Of a DNA stretch of 49,480 nt, positions 1 to 8,431 are shown in pieces (within the stretch, counting starts at the first letter, position 1; every line of letters starts with the position of its first letter). Made by a program: the position numbers and the translations under genes. Origin of the DNA: a virus; IMG/VR virus record IMGVR_UViG_3300021387_000130, positions 1-49,480 of that record, one strand, 5' to 3'. The notes beneath the pieces are model-generated. The model did not search any database, was not told where the DNA came from, and saw only the letters and a program-made list of their open reading frames with translations.

Positions 1-25
1 GTTTTTACGATACAATATCTCGCAC
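1..25. repeat. Terminal direct repeat, identical to 49456-49480. Interpreted as the assembly overlap of a circular or circularly permuted genome.
   Basis: gtttttacgatacaatatctcgcac occurs at both ends of the window. Gene order is continuous across the junction. Confidence 0.9.
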
Positions 26-38
26 ATATTGCATCCAC

Positions 39-1415
39 TTATATTATATCATATCCTAACTTTTTGTAAACAGATTCTCTCTTTTTTGCCCAACCTTTAT
101 ACATGCCGAAATCGTCAATAAAATCTATTACTATCCCCCGCTCTTTTCCTTCTGCTTTGCGACCCACCCTGCCAGAAGCCTGTTGTATTCGTGTCGGATC
201 TTTTTCAGGAGTGGCGAATACAACATACTTAAGATTCGGACAGTCGAGTCCTTCAGCGGCAAGTTGATATGTACAAAACACAGCATCCAATTCACAATTA
301 TTCAGCTTTCCTAATGCATCCTTGCGTTCCTCTTTTGCCGCCTTGCTGTGCCCCATAGATGACAAGCATCTGCTCTTCTTGGAATATGCTCTGTCCAAAC
401 GATCCAGATATTCTACCCTGTTTGCGAGAACAAGGATTGGTGAGTGTAGCTCCTCTATCGTCTCAAGCACAACCTTGAAACGTTTTTCGTTATGCACCAG
501 ATCATCCACAAGCCCTGCATAGTTTATTGTTCCATCTCCCGATAATGCCATATCCATGTCCGGCATATAATTAGTGTAAACAAGCTTAACTCTTACTTCA
601 CACGTTGTCTGTGAAACTTCAGCACGGGATACCTCGTGAATTATGCCGCCTAACAATGCAAACATACTTTTTTCGAGCCCATCTGCTCTTTTCGGTGTAG
701 CTGTTATTCCAAACTTGTATCTGCAGGAAAGATTGCTCAATACCTTGTAAAACTGCATGACCTTTGTCGGAGAGCCGATTGCTTTATGACATTCATCAAC
801 AATAATCACATCCCATGCATTCTTGTATTGAGTTAAATCAAGCTTGCACATCGTCTGTATTGTGGCGAAAGTTATTCCTGATCCTATATTAACTTTACCC
901 CCTGTGATCGTTCCATATAGGCTTGCAGAACAGTTAAGCACCGATTTAGCTCTGCCCAAGCTTTGATTGAGTAAATCCTGCGTATGCGTCAGCCACAGCG
1001 TCTTTCTGCCTAAGACAGACACAATCTCCAGTGCTGTCTGGGTTTTCCCTGCTCCACATGGCATCACGATAACCCCATTTTTCTGTTTCAGTGCCGCTCT
1101 TACAGCTTCTTCCTGATATGAATACATTTCTATGCCGGAAAAATACCTGACACTTTCATTATCGGTAAAGAGGCTGTAAAATCTGCTTTCAGGAAACTGT
1201 TTTCGAAGTTCATCGACACATCCGAATGGAATAATCAGGTCATTGCCATCCTTCTCATACAAGTAAATATGTTCCGGGATATTTCCGCACCACAGTCCCA
1301 TTCTTTGTTTTTTGTAATATTCAGGATTATCAAGCACCAGATTACTTTTGCACCATTCATTCAACTCTTTGCTTGCCTGTCTTGCGTATATCTTTGCTCC
1401 AACTTCAAAGTGCAT
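39..1415 (-). CDS. Superfamily-2 DNA helicase (DEAD/DEAH-box, Rad25/SNF2-like)
   Basis: Contains Walker A MPCGAGKTQTA, a DECH box, TATP and motif VI QQASGRVGR. The start is set at MHFEV, behind GAAGGTGG; the ORF track extends to 1433. Confidence 0.85.
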   Translation of the reverse strand: MHFEVGAKIYARQASKELNEWCKSNLVLDNPEYYKKQRMGLWCGNIPEHIYLYEKDGNDLIIPFGCVDELRKQFPESRFYSLFTDNESVRYFSGIEMYSYQEEAVRAALKQKNGVIVMPCGAGKTQTALEIVSVLGRKTLWLTHTQDLLNQSLGRAKSVLNCSASLYGTITGGKVNIGSGITFATIQTMCKLDLTQYKNAWDVIIVDECHKAIGSPTKVMQFYKVLSNLSCRYKFGITATPKRADGLEKSMFALLGGIIHEVSRAEVSQTTCEVRVKLVYTNYMPDMDMALSGDGTINYAGLVDDLVHNEKRFKVVLETIEELHSPILVLANRVEYLDRLDRAYSKKSRCLSSMGHSKAAKEERKDALGKLNNCELDAVFCTYQLAAEGLDCPNLKYVVFATPEKDPTRIQQASGRVGRKAEGKERGIVIDFIDDFGMYKGWAKKRESVYKKLGYDII

Positions 1416-1755
1416 CCAGATCCACCTTCCCATCCCTTTTCAGTCTGCTGTATTCTACAACTTTTATCTTGCGTCTGTACTGAATAAAAATAAGTGGCTC
1501 ACCATTCCCGCAGGCTATCCATTTTTCAAAAGCCATAACCTGATTTTCCTCCAACCTTCCAAGAGGGAAAAACCTGCTTTTTTCGTCCTGTGTCTTGCAT
1601 TCTACAGCAATCGCAAAACCATCCTTAACTGCAATGATGTCAAACGGCTGTGCGCCTCTTGAGTCAGGTGAAAGAAAATGCACCCATGCGCCCAGTTCCG
1701 AAAGCTTTTTTACCACCTGTTTTTCGAATGCTGTTCCTAGTTTTTTATTGTTCAT
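1405..1755 (-). CDS. Holliday-junction resolvase-like PD-(D/E)xK nuclease (Hjc type)
   Basis: Shows the Hjc-like pattern GTAFEKQVVKKLSELG...FDIIAVKDG...AVECKT (D...ExK). It sits in the recombination module. Confidence 0.6.
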   Translation of the reverse strand: MNNKKLGTAFEKQVVKKLSELGAWVHFLSPDSRGAQPFDIIAVKDGFAIAVECKTQDEKSRFFPLGRLEENQVMAFEKWIACGNGEPLIFIQYRRKIKVVEYSRLKRDGKVDLDAL

Positions 1756-1772
1756 GATCGCTCCTTAAGTCA

Positions 1773-1804
1773 GAAAAAGCAGTCTGGCACTATGACCAGA
1801 CTGC
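1773..1804 (-). terminator. Rho-independent terminator (minus strand)
   Basis: A 9-bp stem GCAGUCUGG/CCAGACUGC with an 8-nt loop is followed by UUUUU on the minus strand. Confidence 0.55.
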
Positions 1805-1818
1805 CATGCGTCTTTGTC

Positions 1819-2289
1819 TTATTCAAAATCAGGCAGATCACCCATGTCGCTTTCGCTTAACTGCATAAAGCCTTTATCATCAACTGTTGCTCCGTTCGCT
1901 TCCTTCCAAGGCGGCAGATCATCCTGCTTGTTCGCCGGGATGAAATAATGCAACTTTGCTGTTTGATTTCCGTTGTACTCATCATGTCTGATCTGACAAG
2001 CGCCAACCTTACCTATCCAATTCTTCATGTTGAAATCACCTTCAGGAATATCCTTGAAGCTGTCAAAGAACTGTGTCAGCATTCTGTTGGTAATCTCCGG
2101 CCGATCATCAAGAAATGTAATATAGTGGTACAAAGTCTGTGACTGACCTGATACATCAAACTGCAGGGCAAGCATATCATTTCCACTGTGCTTGGACATC
2201 GCCTTTTCCGCACTCTTAATGCGGATACGATATCTACCCTCCGGGATAACATCAAACTTTCTTTCTTCTCTCTTAAATTCCCAAGCCAT
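1819..2289 (-). CDS. DUF669-family phage protein
   Basis: FDVIPEGRYRIRIKSAEKAMSKHSGNDMLALQFDVSG matches the DUF669 signature. It has the usual position next to a Sak4-like ATPase. Confidence 0.6.
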   Translation of the reverse strand: MAWEFKREERKFDVIPEGRYRIRIKSAEKAMSKHSGNDMLALQFDVSGQSQTLYHYITFLDDRPEITNRMLTQFFDSFKDIPEGDFNMKNWIGKVGACQIRHDEYNGNQTAKLHYFIPANKQDDLPPWKEANGATVDDKGFMQLSESDMGDLPDFE

Positions 2290-2291
2290 TG

Positions 2292-2441
2292 TTATTCTTC
2301 CTCCTTAATCTTTCGTGCTGTCACGTTGGTTTCCTCATCGCCGCATTCAAGGCAGATATTGCAAAAGTTCAGCGCATCCGTAATCTCGTTGAACACGAAT
2401 TTTGTAAATCCATTGACCTGTATCACTCTCACTTCCCACAT
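2292..2441 (-). CDS. Small Cys-containing protein (49 aa), below the ORF-track size cutoff
   Basis: The ATG overlaps the upstream TAA (TAATG), with AGGAGGG 9 nt upstream. Translation: MWEVRVIQVNGFTKFVFNEITDALNFCNICLECGDEETNVTARKIKEEE. Confidence 0.4.
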   Translation of the reverse strand: MWEVRVIQVNGFTKFVFNEITDALNFCNICLECGDEETNVTARKIKEEE

Positions 2442-3187
2442 TACTGTTCGCCCTCCTTAAATTTTACGAAGTCCTCAATCTTACAAGCCTTACGGCTATC
2501 AATCTGGTTCTTGGCATAAATATTTTGCGTAGCCTCAAGCAGGATGCCGTGCTGACCATCCTTGTTAACAAATATCTTTCCTACCACATCGCAGAGCCCG
2601 CAGATGTTGTCTACAATCTTCGCACTGCATTTAGGATAAAGCCTGCTGTACTGCGATCCGTCAGGTGATGTAAACTGCTCTACGGTCTCCCATGCTGTCC
2701 AGACTATATTCACTCCAAGAGCTTTCATCTGCCTCAGGCTGTTAACAAGTTTAAACTGCATATACTGGTAGTCAGCCATTGCAGGAACGCCCTTGTTTTT
2801 GCCCTTCGAACCAAGATCACTCAGGATGCATCTTTCCAGTTCAGAAATATTGTCAACCGCAATCGTCCTGATATTTGCCGCCTTAAGCTGTCCTGCCTGA
2901 GCCATTTCCGTGAGGTCATTCATGACTGATGTCCAAGCATCAAACGTATTGATGTTGTCCACCTGCTTAATAAACACCCTGCTCGTGTCTTTTACAACCT
3001 CTTTTTTGGCAAGAGTCTTCATAATTGTTCTATCTACATCGAGCACTAATGTATTGCCTTCGGATGCCTCTGCAATCAGTCCGATTGCAGTGCTCTTGCC
3101 AACCCCCGGTGGGCAGTAAAGCAATGCAGTATAACAACTGTCTGCCTGCAATGCATCATCAAATTTACGGATTTCCATAATCACCAT
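2441..3187 (-). CDS. AAA_24 / Sak4-like RecA-type ATPase
   Basis: Walker A LLYCPPGVGKST is followed by TLVLDVDRT. The start is uncertain: 3187 or 3178, against 3253 in the track. Confidence 0.7.
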   Translation of the reverse strand: MVIMEIRKFDDALQADSCYTALLYCPPGVGKSTAIGLIAEASEGNTLVLDVDRTIMKTLAKKEVVKDTSRVFIKQVDNINTFDAWTSVMNDLTEMAQAGQLKAANIRTIAVDNISELERCILSDLGSKGKNKGVPAMADYQYMQFKLVNSLRQMKALGVNIVWTAWETVEQFTSPDGSQYSRLYPKCSAKIVDNICGLCDVVGKIFVNKDGQHGILLEATQNIYAKNQIDSRKACKIEDFVKFKEGEQ

Positions 3188-3941
3188 CCCTTCTTGCAAA
3201 TTCCACATATTCCTGATTTGGGTCATAGTGTAAGCATATCGAAGCATACTCACATATCCTGCCCCAGTGTCTACAGTATGCAGTGTTCCGGTAGAAATGA
3301 TCTGTAGAGTTCATTTCCTGAGCCATGTGTTCAAGAGCTTCGGAAAACTCCTGCACCTCCGCATCCGTGCGAGTAATAAGCATGACTCTGATTTTCGCTT
3401 CCGTATCTTCGTCATACCATTCCACCATTCTATTAAAGAACTCCTCATCCGACTCGTTTTTCTTCTGCCTGATTGTGGGCTTCCTGCAGACAGTGTAATA
3501 AATTTCTCTTACCCCGGTCATCAGCATATACGCTAATATCTGTTCATCCCACTGCAGATTGTATTCATATTCCTCAGTAATGTCAGAGCTTGTTGTCTTG
3601 TGTTCCACAAGCCTCCCATCCTCTGCTATTCCATCAAGCCTGCCCACCAGTTCGTCCCCAGTGCAAAGCTTGTAAGATTTCCATTCTTCACAAGCTCTGA
3701 CTCTGAATTTTGGATAGACATATTTTTGATATGCCGTTGCCATGGCAAGCTCTTTGGAATAGTTTCCATCATAAGCTGAAAGATTGCCATCTTTGTACAG
3801 TGTTTCAAGGATATCATGATACCGCAATCCTGTCTGAAGCGCATCCGCACTCTGTACTGGCTCCAAGCCCTCCACATACTTCAGCTCGTAAGCTCTGCGG
3901 CATGCCTTAAACAGCTTAATCCGGCTTATGCTGAATCTCAT
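3165..3941 (-). CDS. PD-(D/E)xK exonuclease, Cas4/RecB-like with a 4-Cys cluster
   Basis: Contains RLDGIAEDGRLVEHKTT (D...EhK). An N-terminal Cys (FKACRRAY) plus C-terminal CRHWGRICEYASIC resemble Cas4 Fe-S ligands. Confidence 0.7.
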   Translation of the reverse strand: MRFSISRIKLFKACRRAYELKYVEGLEPVQSADALQTGLRYHDILETLYKDGNLSAYDGNYSKELAMATAYQKYVYPKFRVRACEEWKSYKLCTGDELVGRLDGIAEDGRLVEHKTTSSDITEEYEYNLQWDEQILAYMLMTGVREIYYTVCRKPTIRQKKNESDEEFFNRMVEWYDEDTEAKIRVMLITRTDAEVQEFSEALEHMAQEMNSTDHFYRNTAYCRHWGRICEYASICLHYDPNQEYVEFARRDGDYGNP

Positions 3942-4204
3942 TTAGAGTCCTCCATGTCTTCACCAATGATTTCTTTTATCGCCTTAGTGAAAAGCTCCTC
4001 AATCTTGCTTTCATCAGCGATAACAATCTCTGGAAAAAGCTCTCTTAAGTACATATCGAATACCAGAAGGTCATCGTCATCGCCCTTCTCTTTTATGGTC
4101 TTGCGGATTTCTCGGCTGATAATGGAAAGCTCAGCACATATCTCACCGAGACTGCCCTTTATATTTGTTGCACAATTCCCATCGTTACATAATACGTTGA
4201 TCAT
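3938..4204 (-). CDS. Hypothetical protein
   Basis: 88-aa ORF, translationally coupled to its neighbours. No recognisable motif. Confidence 0.4.
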   Translation of the reverse strand: MINVLCNDGNCATNIKGSLGEICAELSIISREIRKTIKEKGDDDDLLVFDMYLRELFPEIVIADESKIEELFTKAIKEIIGEDMEDSK

Positions 4205-4380
4205 TTTTCCCCTCCGATTACCATTTCAATCTTCACTCTGGTTACCCGACTTGGCGTCTGGGTATCCGTCTCAATTGAATTAATCGTTTGCAAAGAGACT
4301 CCGCATCTCTTTGCAAGCTCTGCCTGCGAGATGCGCTCTTTTGCACGATAAATTACCATGCGTTCGCTAAGTTCCGACAT
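4201..4380 (-). CDS. XRE-family helix-turn-helix regulator
   Basis: Contains the HTH ISQAELAKRCGVSLQTINSIE. The start at MSELS follows GAGGAGGTGA. Confidence 0.7.
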   Translation of the reverse strand: MSELSERMVIYRAKERISQAELAKRCGVSLQTINSIETDTQTPSRVTRVKIEMVIGGEK

Positions 4381-4394
4381 TGTTTCACCTCCTC

Positions 4395-4757
4395 TCATTC
4401 GCACATGACTGCAACATTGCGGCCACCGTCTTTTTTGCAGATTATGACCATATTGGCTATAATTCTGTTTATATCATCATCAGACAGGTCTGTTGTTTCA
4501 CCTGCCTGATTGTGATTAGCAAAAACAAGATTGCCCACAAGCATTGGCTCTCCATTCGGGCCAATCGCACTGACAATCGGCTGTTCCCTCCACATCCCTA
4601 TATCATCACAAAAGATGTCATATGACTGTCCGCCTATCTTACGAACTGCGATGTCGAACGGATCGGCATCCAATTCCCGGTAGAAGTCATCGAGGCTCTC
4701 ACACTGAGCCTCTCTGACCTTCTTGTTTCTGACATCGAGCACCAGAACTCGTGCCAT
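4395..4757 (-). CDS. DUF3846-like protein (family associated with anti-restriction regions)
   Basis: VLVLDVRNKKVRE...LDDFYRELDADPFDIAV...DIFCDDIGMW...GNLVF resembles DUF3846. It is the first gene after promoter 4811-4839. Confidence 0.4.
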   Translation of the reverse strand: MARVLVLDVRNKKVREAQCESLDDFYRELDADPFDIAVRKIGGQSYDIFCDDIGMWREQPIVSAIGPNGEPMLVGNLVFANHNQAGETTDLSDDDINRIIANMVIICKKDGGRNVAVMCE

Positions 4758-4810
4758 TTATTCATCCTCCTTATCTTGGGCTCTTGCTTCATTTCGTGGT
4801 TTCTGTGTAT

Positions 4811-4839
4811 ACTATAGCACACTCCATAAAGCATGTCAA
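4811..4839 (-). promoter_or_regulatory. Sigma-A/sigma-70-type promoter, member of an 8-copy family
   Basis: Minus strand reads TTGACA-17 nt-TATAGT, with an A/T-rich stretch (AAAATATATA) upstream of the -35. Confidence 0.7.
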
Positions 4840-4845
4840 TATATA

Positions 4846-4985
4846 TTTTTATATATTTTTATTTTTCTTTTTATTCTACAAAAGAATATAAAGAAATAGT
4901 GTAGGATAAAGATGCATTTAGGAAAAGTCTCCTATAGAGTGGTCTCTATAGAAAAGTTTACCGAAATGTATGATAATCCTACACT
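4846..4985. repeat. Element A: AT-rich tract plus an 88-bp quasi-palindrome (core 4898-4985). An inverted copy lies at 27975-28108.
   Basis: The core is agtgtaggat...atcctacact, centred on CTATAGAG-tggt-CTCTATAG. Its arms are distinguishable (alpha ataaagat/gtctc, beta attatcat/ctttt) and occur in the opposite order in element B. Confidence 0.8.
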
Positions 4986-4992
4986 GTAAAAC

Positions 4993-5024
4993 CAAAAAAA
5001 AGATAGCGGATTACTCCGCTATCT
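4993..5024 (-). terminator. Rho-independent terminator (minus strand)
   Basis: A 10-bp stem AGAUAGCGGA/UCCGCUAUCU with a 4-nt loop is followed by UUUUUUUU. It overlaps the stop codon of 5011..5355. Confidence 0.8.
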
Positions 5025-5355
5025 TTCTCATAACGCCGTCATAAAGTTTTGGATTAATCACCTTCAGCGTAGACATAAGCTCATCCATGATGTCCCACAT
5101 ATCCCATGCATTTCTGCCTTTGATCGCTTGTGAAAATTCGGTCTCACCTCCGTATTCAACAACGCTGTCATTATAGGGAATACTTGGAGCCGCAGAAAAA
5201 GAATACGTTGGCTCTGCTTCCTGATCATTATTATCACCGAACAAGTGCTGTTGAATGATATAGAACGCCGCAAGCTTCATACATGTGTTAGCATTCGGAT
5301 TTCTCACGCCCTCGCATTCAGCAATGGCTTCCTGCAAGTCCTTCTCTGTAATCAC
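5011..5355 (-). CDS. Hypothetical protein (accessory cluster)
   Basis: 114-aa ORF with no recognised domain. Confidence 0.45.
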   Translation of the reverse strand: MITEKDLQEAIAECEGVRNPNANTCMKLAAFYIIQQHLFGDNNDQEAEPTYSFSAAPSIPYNDSVVEYGGETEFSQAIKGRNAWDMWDIMDELMSTLKVINPKLYDGVMRKIAE

Positions 5356-5370
5356 AAGAAGCCACCTCCA

Positions 5371-5781
5371 TTACATTTCCTGCATCAATTCACGCATCTT
5401 GCGCTTGATCTGTTCGTTCGGCGCGTCTTCCATAAGCTCTTCAAGATCCATGCGGAAATTGTTTTCAGCCATGGAATATCCGCGCTCCCGAGAGTAGCGT
5501 CCCATATTATCTCTGCGTACGTTCCCACCACGACCACGCGCATAGGAACCACCACGGTTACCTCTTCCGCCGCCTTCTTCAGCGTAGGAAGTCATCGGAT
5601 AGTACGCCATACTGTACTCGCCATACTCATCTTCCATCATCTCATCTGCTTTCATGAGGTTTTTCTTCAGATGAGCAAGTGTATCGGCATACTGAACTTC
5701 CTGCATAGACAGGTTGCCACGCTCTGCTTTCTTCTCAAGGCTCTTAAGCTCGTCACAGACATACTCATATAACTTATGCAT
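5371..5781 (-). CDS. Hypothetical coiled-coil / RGG-rich protein
   Basis: The start at MHKLYEY follows AAGGAGG. There is a central GGGRGNRGGSYARGRGGN low-complexity tract. Confidence 0.45.
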   Translation of the reverse strand: MHKLYEYVCDELKSLEKKAERGNLSMQEVQYADTLAHLKKNLMKADEMMEDEYGEYSMAYYPMTSYAEEGGGRGNRGGSYARGRGGNVRRDNMGRYSRERGYSMAENNFRMDLEELMEDAPNEQIKRKMRELMQEM

Positions 5782-5798
5782 CGCCTTTACCTCCTTTC

Positions 5799-6254
5799 TC
5801 AAGCGGTACGATCTACGGTCAACGAAGCGTTTCTCCGTACAAATATTGACGGAGTAGGTGTTACGCTTGCATCATCCTCTGTGGCGTCCACATAGGCGGC
5901 AGATATGGATACACAGCATCCACACGGAACCGTAATCGTAGCGGATGTATGAATATGCCATACATCCTCTGCCGCCGCAGGAGTCACAATCGCAACACTA
6001 TCAGGAATTGCTACACCATTCAGTGTGATGGCGAGAGCGATCGGTGTGATCGCCCCACCTTCCGGAATGGCGACATTCGCCTGAAGATCAACTTCGTATC
6101 TCGCAAATCTGTTTGATGTGTTGCCCTTCAAAGTAAGAACTCCAGTTGTAATAGGGATGACGCATCCCTTATTACACGGAATAGATACAATGTTGAACGG
6201 AATCGTATTGTTTAACGCAACATTCTGATCCGTGCTTGTAATATACTTTGCCAT
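5799..6254 (-). CDS. Beta-rich Cys-containing protein of unknown function
   Basis: 151 aa with Cys motifs IPCNKGC and VPCGCC. The composition resembles small jelly-roll fibre or exosporium-type subunits, but this is only a resemblance. Confidence 0.4.
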   Translation of the reverse strand: MAKYITSTDQNVALNNTIPFNIVSIPCNKGCVIPITTGVLTLKGNTSNRFARYEVDLQANVAIPEGGAITPIALAITLNGVAIPDSVAIVTPAAAEDVWHIHTSATITVPCGCCVSISAAYVDATEDDASVTPTPSIFVRRNASLTVDRTA

Positions 6255-6269
6255 GGCGCATCACCTCAT

Positions 6270-6691
6270 TCAGTTCACGAAACCGTTACCGCCGCATCCA
6301 CAGCCACACTGATTCTGACCGCACGTGAAGATCGGAGTGCGACCATACACAGGTGTAGTCGGGACAGGGCAGGAGTTCAGGCGGTTATACAGCGCATCAA
6401 CTTCGTTGGCAAAGCCCTGAGAAATAAAGGCATTCTGTGCCGTCTGAGACTCACGAAGAGCCGCCATATTGAGCTGATTCTGGAGTCCGACATTTTCTCT
6501 CTGAGCCGCCGCAAGCTGACCTTTAACACCGTCAAGCTCAAGAGCGCACAGCTTGTCGAGGATTGCCTGAGTGCCACGGTTCTGAGCATCGATGATGTCT
6601 CTCGTGTTCTGCATGGACTGAGTTCTGTCCGCGCAGTTCTCCGTGGCTATTGTGTACTTCAGATCAGCCGTGCCGAGTCTGTTTTCACAGC
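6270..6691 (-). CDS. Exon 2 of the intron-split Gly-rich membrane-protein gene
   Basis: The frame is open 26 codons upstream of the track's Met (..CENRLGTADLKYTIATENCADRTQS-MQNT..) with no start codon or RBS of its own. The boundary is good to about 3 nt. Confidence 0.6.
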
Positions 6692-7629
6692 CATTTTGTT
6701 ATCGTATAGGCTCTTTATCCTATACTTCTTATGGTTTCCCATAAGTTCAGACTATATCTTCACCCTCTCATAAAGAGTAGGGGTCGGGCACTCGTGTCGG
6801 GATTATTGGTAGTCGTCCTCACCCATTAGTCGTTGAGCCTTCCGTGGTACTTTCATCGACATTCCCACGGCTTGGGTGCTGATTGCCATGCATATTTTTA
6901 TGTTTATATTGTTTCTGAGGTTCTACAAAACAGATTTTTCCGTTTGGAGTCTTCCCTTTTTTGCTCCATGTAAGAATATTGCTATAAGAGATACCTAACT
7001 TCTCTTTCGCTTCTTTAATGGAATTATATGTAGTGTCGCCTATCGTTACTTTTCGCCTTTTCTGACCGTTTGTTTTTTCTGCAATATTAGGATCGCTCAT
7101 AGGATTAGAATCCTTCATTCGCTTTCTTTGGTTTTCAGACTTCATTACATTCTTTTCAGAATATTGATTTCTTAACTCGTCTGTCCACCAAGATTTCACT
7201 CCACCAGTTCCACCTTCGTAGATATTGCAGACACATTGTCCTATTTCTTTAAGTTCGTGTACTCTTATATATTCATAATCAAATGCATCTTGTTCATTTT
7301 CAAAATATTTGATTATTCTGCTTTCACAATCAAATCTTCTAACCATATCGTTAAAAAATCTGTTATGCTTTCGTACTTTGTAACGATTATTGCAACCTTT
7401 TCCTACGTAAATTATTTCTCCTGTTTCTTTAATGAACCATTCATAAACATAAAACATATTTACACCTCCGCATTGTTTTTATATATTATAACACAAAATC
7501 AATGCGAAAACAATATGTTTAGGTTTCCAGCAATTCACCCGATTGCCAGTGCGGATTACGCCGCACAACTGCCTACTGTGTATTTTGTAAATACAAGACT
7601 ATCTTTGGCTTTTTTGATAATCTTCTTTA
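6692..7629 (-). mobile_element. Group I intron carrying a GIY-YIG homing endonuclease ORF
   Basis: Minus-strand RNA hallmarks:
- AAGAUAUAGUC (6750-6760, J8/7-P7) with partner GACUA (6810-6814).
- P8 CCCUACUC/GAGAGGG.
- Hairpin CUUAUGG-GAAA-CCAUAAG (6728-6745).
- Hairpin GUAUAGG/CCUAUAC (6704-6725).
- A terminal G.
- Guide GGCAGUU (7567-7573), which pairs with the exon-1 end GACUGCU including a U-G wobble.
- CACAG (7576-7580), which pairs with exon-2 CUGUG. Confidence 0.7.
6819..7457 (-). CDS. GIY-YIG homing endonuclease (intron-encoded)
   Basis: N-terminal YVYEWFIKETGEIIYVGKG...NRY...R...N...E is the GIY-YIG module. NUMOD3-like repeats and a C-terminal HTH (YNSIKEAKEKLGISYSNILTW) follow. Confidence 0.85.
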   Translation of the reverse strand: MFYVYEWFIKETGEIIYVGKGCNNRYKVRKHNRFFNDMVRRFDCESRIIKYFENEQDAFDYEYIRVHELKEIGQCVCNIYEGGTGGVKSWWTDELRNQYSEKNVMKSENQRKRMKDSNPMSDPNIAEKTNGQKRRKVTIGDTTYNSIKEAKEKLGISYSNILTWSKKGKTPNGKICFVEPQKQYKHKNMHGNQHPSRGNVDESTTEGSTTNG

Positions 7630-8134
7630 AGCAGTCAGCAAACTGAGAACCAAGCTGATTAAAGCCCTGAGTCATAGCTGTCTGCCCTGCAAAGGCTGTC
7701 TGCATATTTGCCATCTGACGAGCATTTGCGGCAGTTTCAGCATTTGCAAACCCGGAATTGACTGTTGCATTAACCCCTGCAAAACCATTGCAAAGACTCT
7801 GCTGTACACCACCAAAACCATTGCAAAGCTGTGTAGAGATGTCACCAATGCTGTCTCTGATAGAGGTAACATTCGTGTTCATCATCTGGTCACGGAATCC
7901 ATCATTAATCTGATTGCTCTGGTTCATCCACGGATAAAGGACAGCACCATCTGCGGCAAAGTTTCCAACGCCGCCTCCAAAGCCTCCCCAACCGTTGTTG
8001 CCGATGAGAAGGAAAAGAAGCAAAACCCACCAACCGTCTGCACCGAAGCCGCTTCCGAAACCGTTGCCTGAGCCACCATACATGGGGGCAACTGGCATCA
8101 CCATTCCGTTTCCGCTTTCATCTGTAAGAGCCAT
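7630..8134 (-). CDS. Exon 1 of the intron-split Gly-rich membrane-protein gene (YjcZ-like N-terminal TM segment)
   Basis: GSGFGADGWWVLLLFLLIGNNGWGGFGGG resembles tiny YjcZ-type Gly-rich TM peptides. NGF/SGF repeats follow. The track ORF's last about 25 codons (to 7556) are read-through into the intron. Confidence 0.6.
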
Positions 8135-8236
8135 AGTTTTTCCTTTCTACCCATAACTATTTTGGGTGAGCGGCTACTCTCATACGAGTAGTCGGTTAAT
8201 AGTTTATCTCAAAGCCCTGCGCACTGACTCTGTGAC

Positions 8237-8431
8237 CTATACACCAAGCATTTTCTGCAGGGCTTTTGCCTGCTGAACAGCTTGATCATACTGTTGCTGT
8301 GTGATTTTCCCTGAATTTAACAACTGCTGAACCTGTTGCTGTGGATTACCATGAAAGGATTGTTTGAACTGCTGAAACCTTTGTAACAGGCTATTCTGGT
8401 TACCCATCATGTCATACAGCGGATTGCTCAT
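8237..8431 (-). CDS. Gln-rich small protein
   Basis: 64 aa and very Q-rich. It ends in TAG. Confidence 0.45.
   Translation of the reverse strand: MSNPLYDMMGNQNSLLQRFQQFKQSFHGNPQQQVQQLLNSGKITQQQYDQAVQQAKALQKMLGV

Noticed and set aside
4912-4951. The arms of the quasi-palindromes (ATTTAGGaaaagtctcCTATAGAG; also 27993-28016) resemble the SP6/T7-type single-subunit RNAP promoter ATTTAGGTGACACTATAGAAG.
   Set aside because: The spacing between ATTTAGG and CTATAGA is 9 nt here, against 5 nt in SP6 promoters. The two arms would fire convergently into each other. No single-subunit RNA polymerase-sized ORF exists in the genome.
7556-7629. C-terminal 25 codons (LKKIIKKAKDSLVFTKYTVGSCAA) of track ORF 7556..8134 as genuine coding sequence.
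   Set aside because: They lie within the predicted intron 5' region, which includes the P1/P10 guide and a GUGCGG/CCGCAC hairpin. They break the compositional pattern of the protein. They are interpreted as read-through into the intron.
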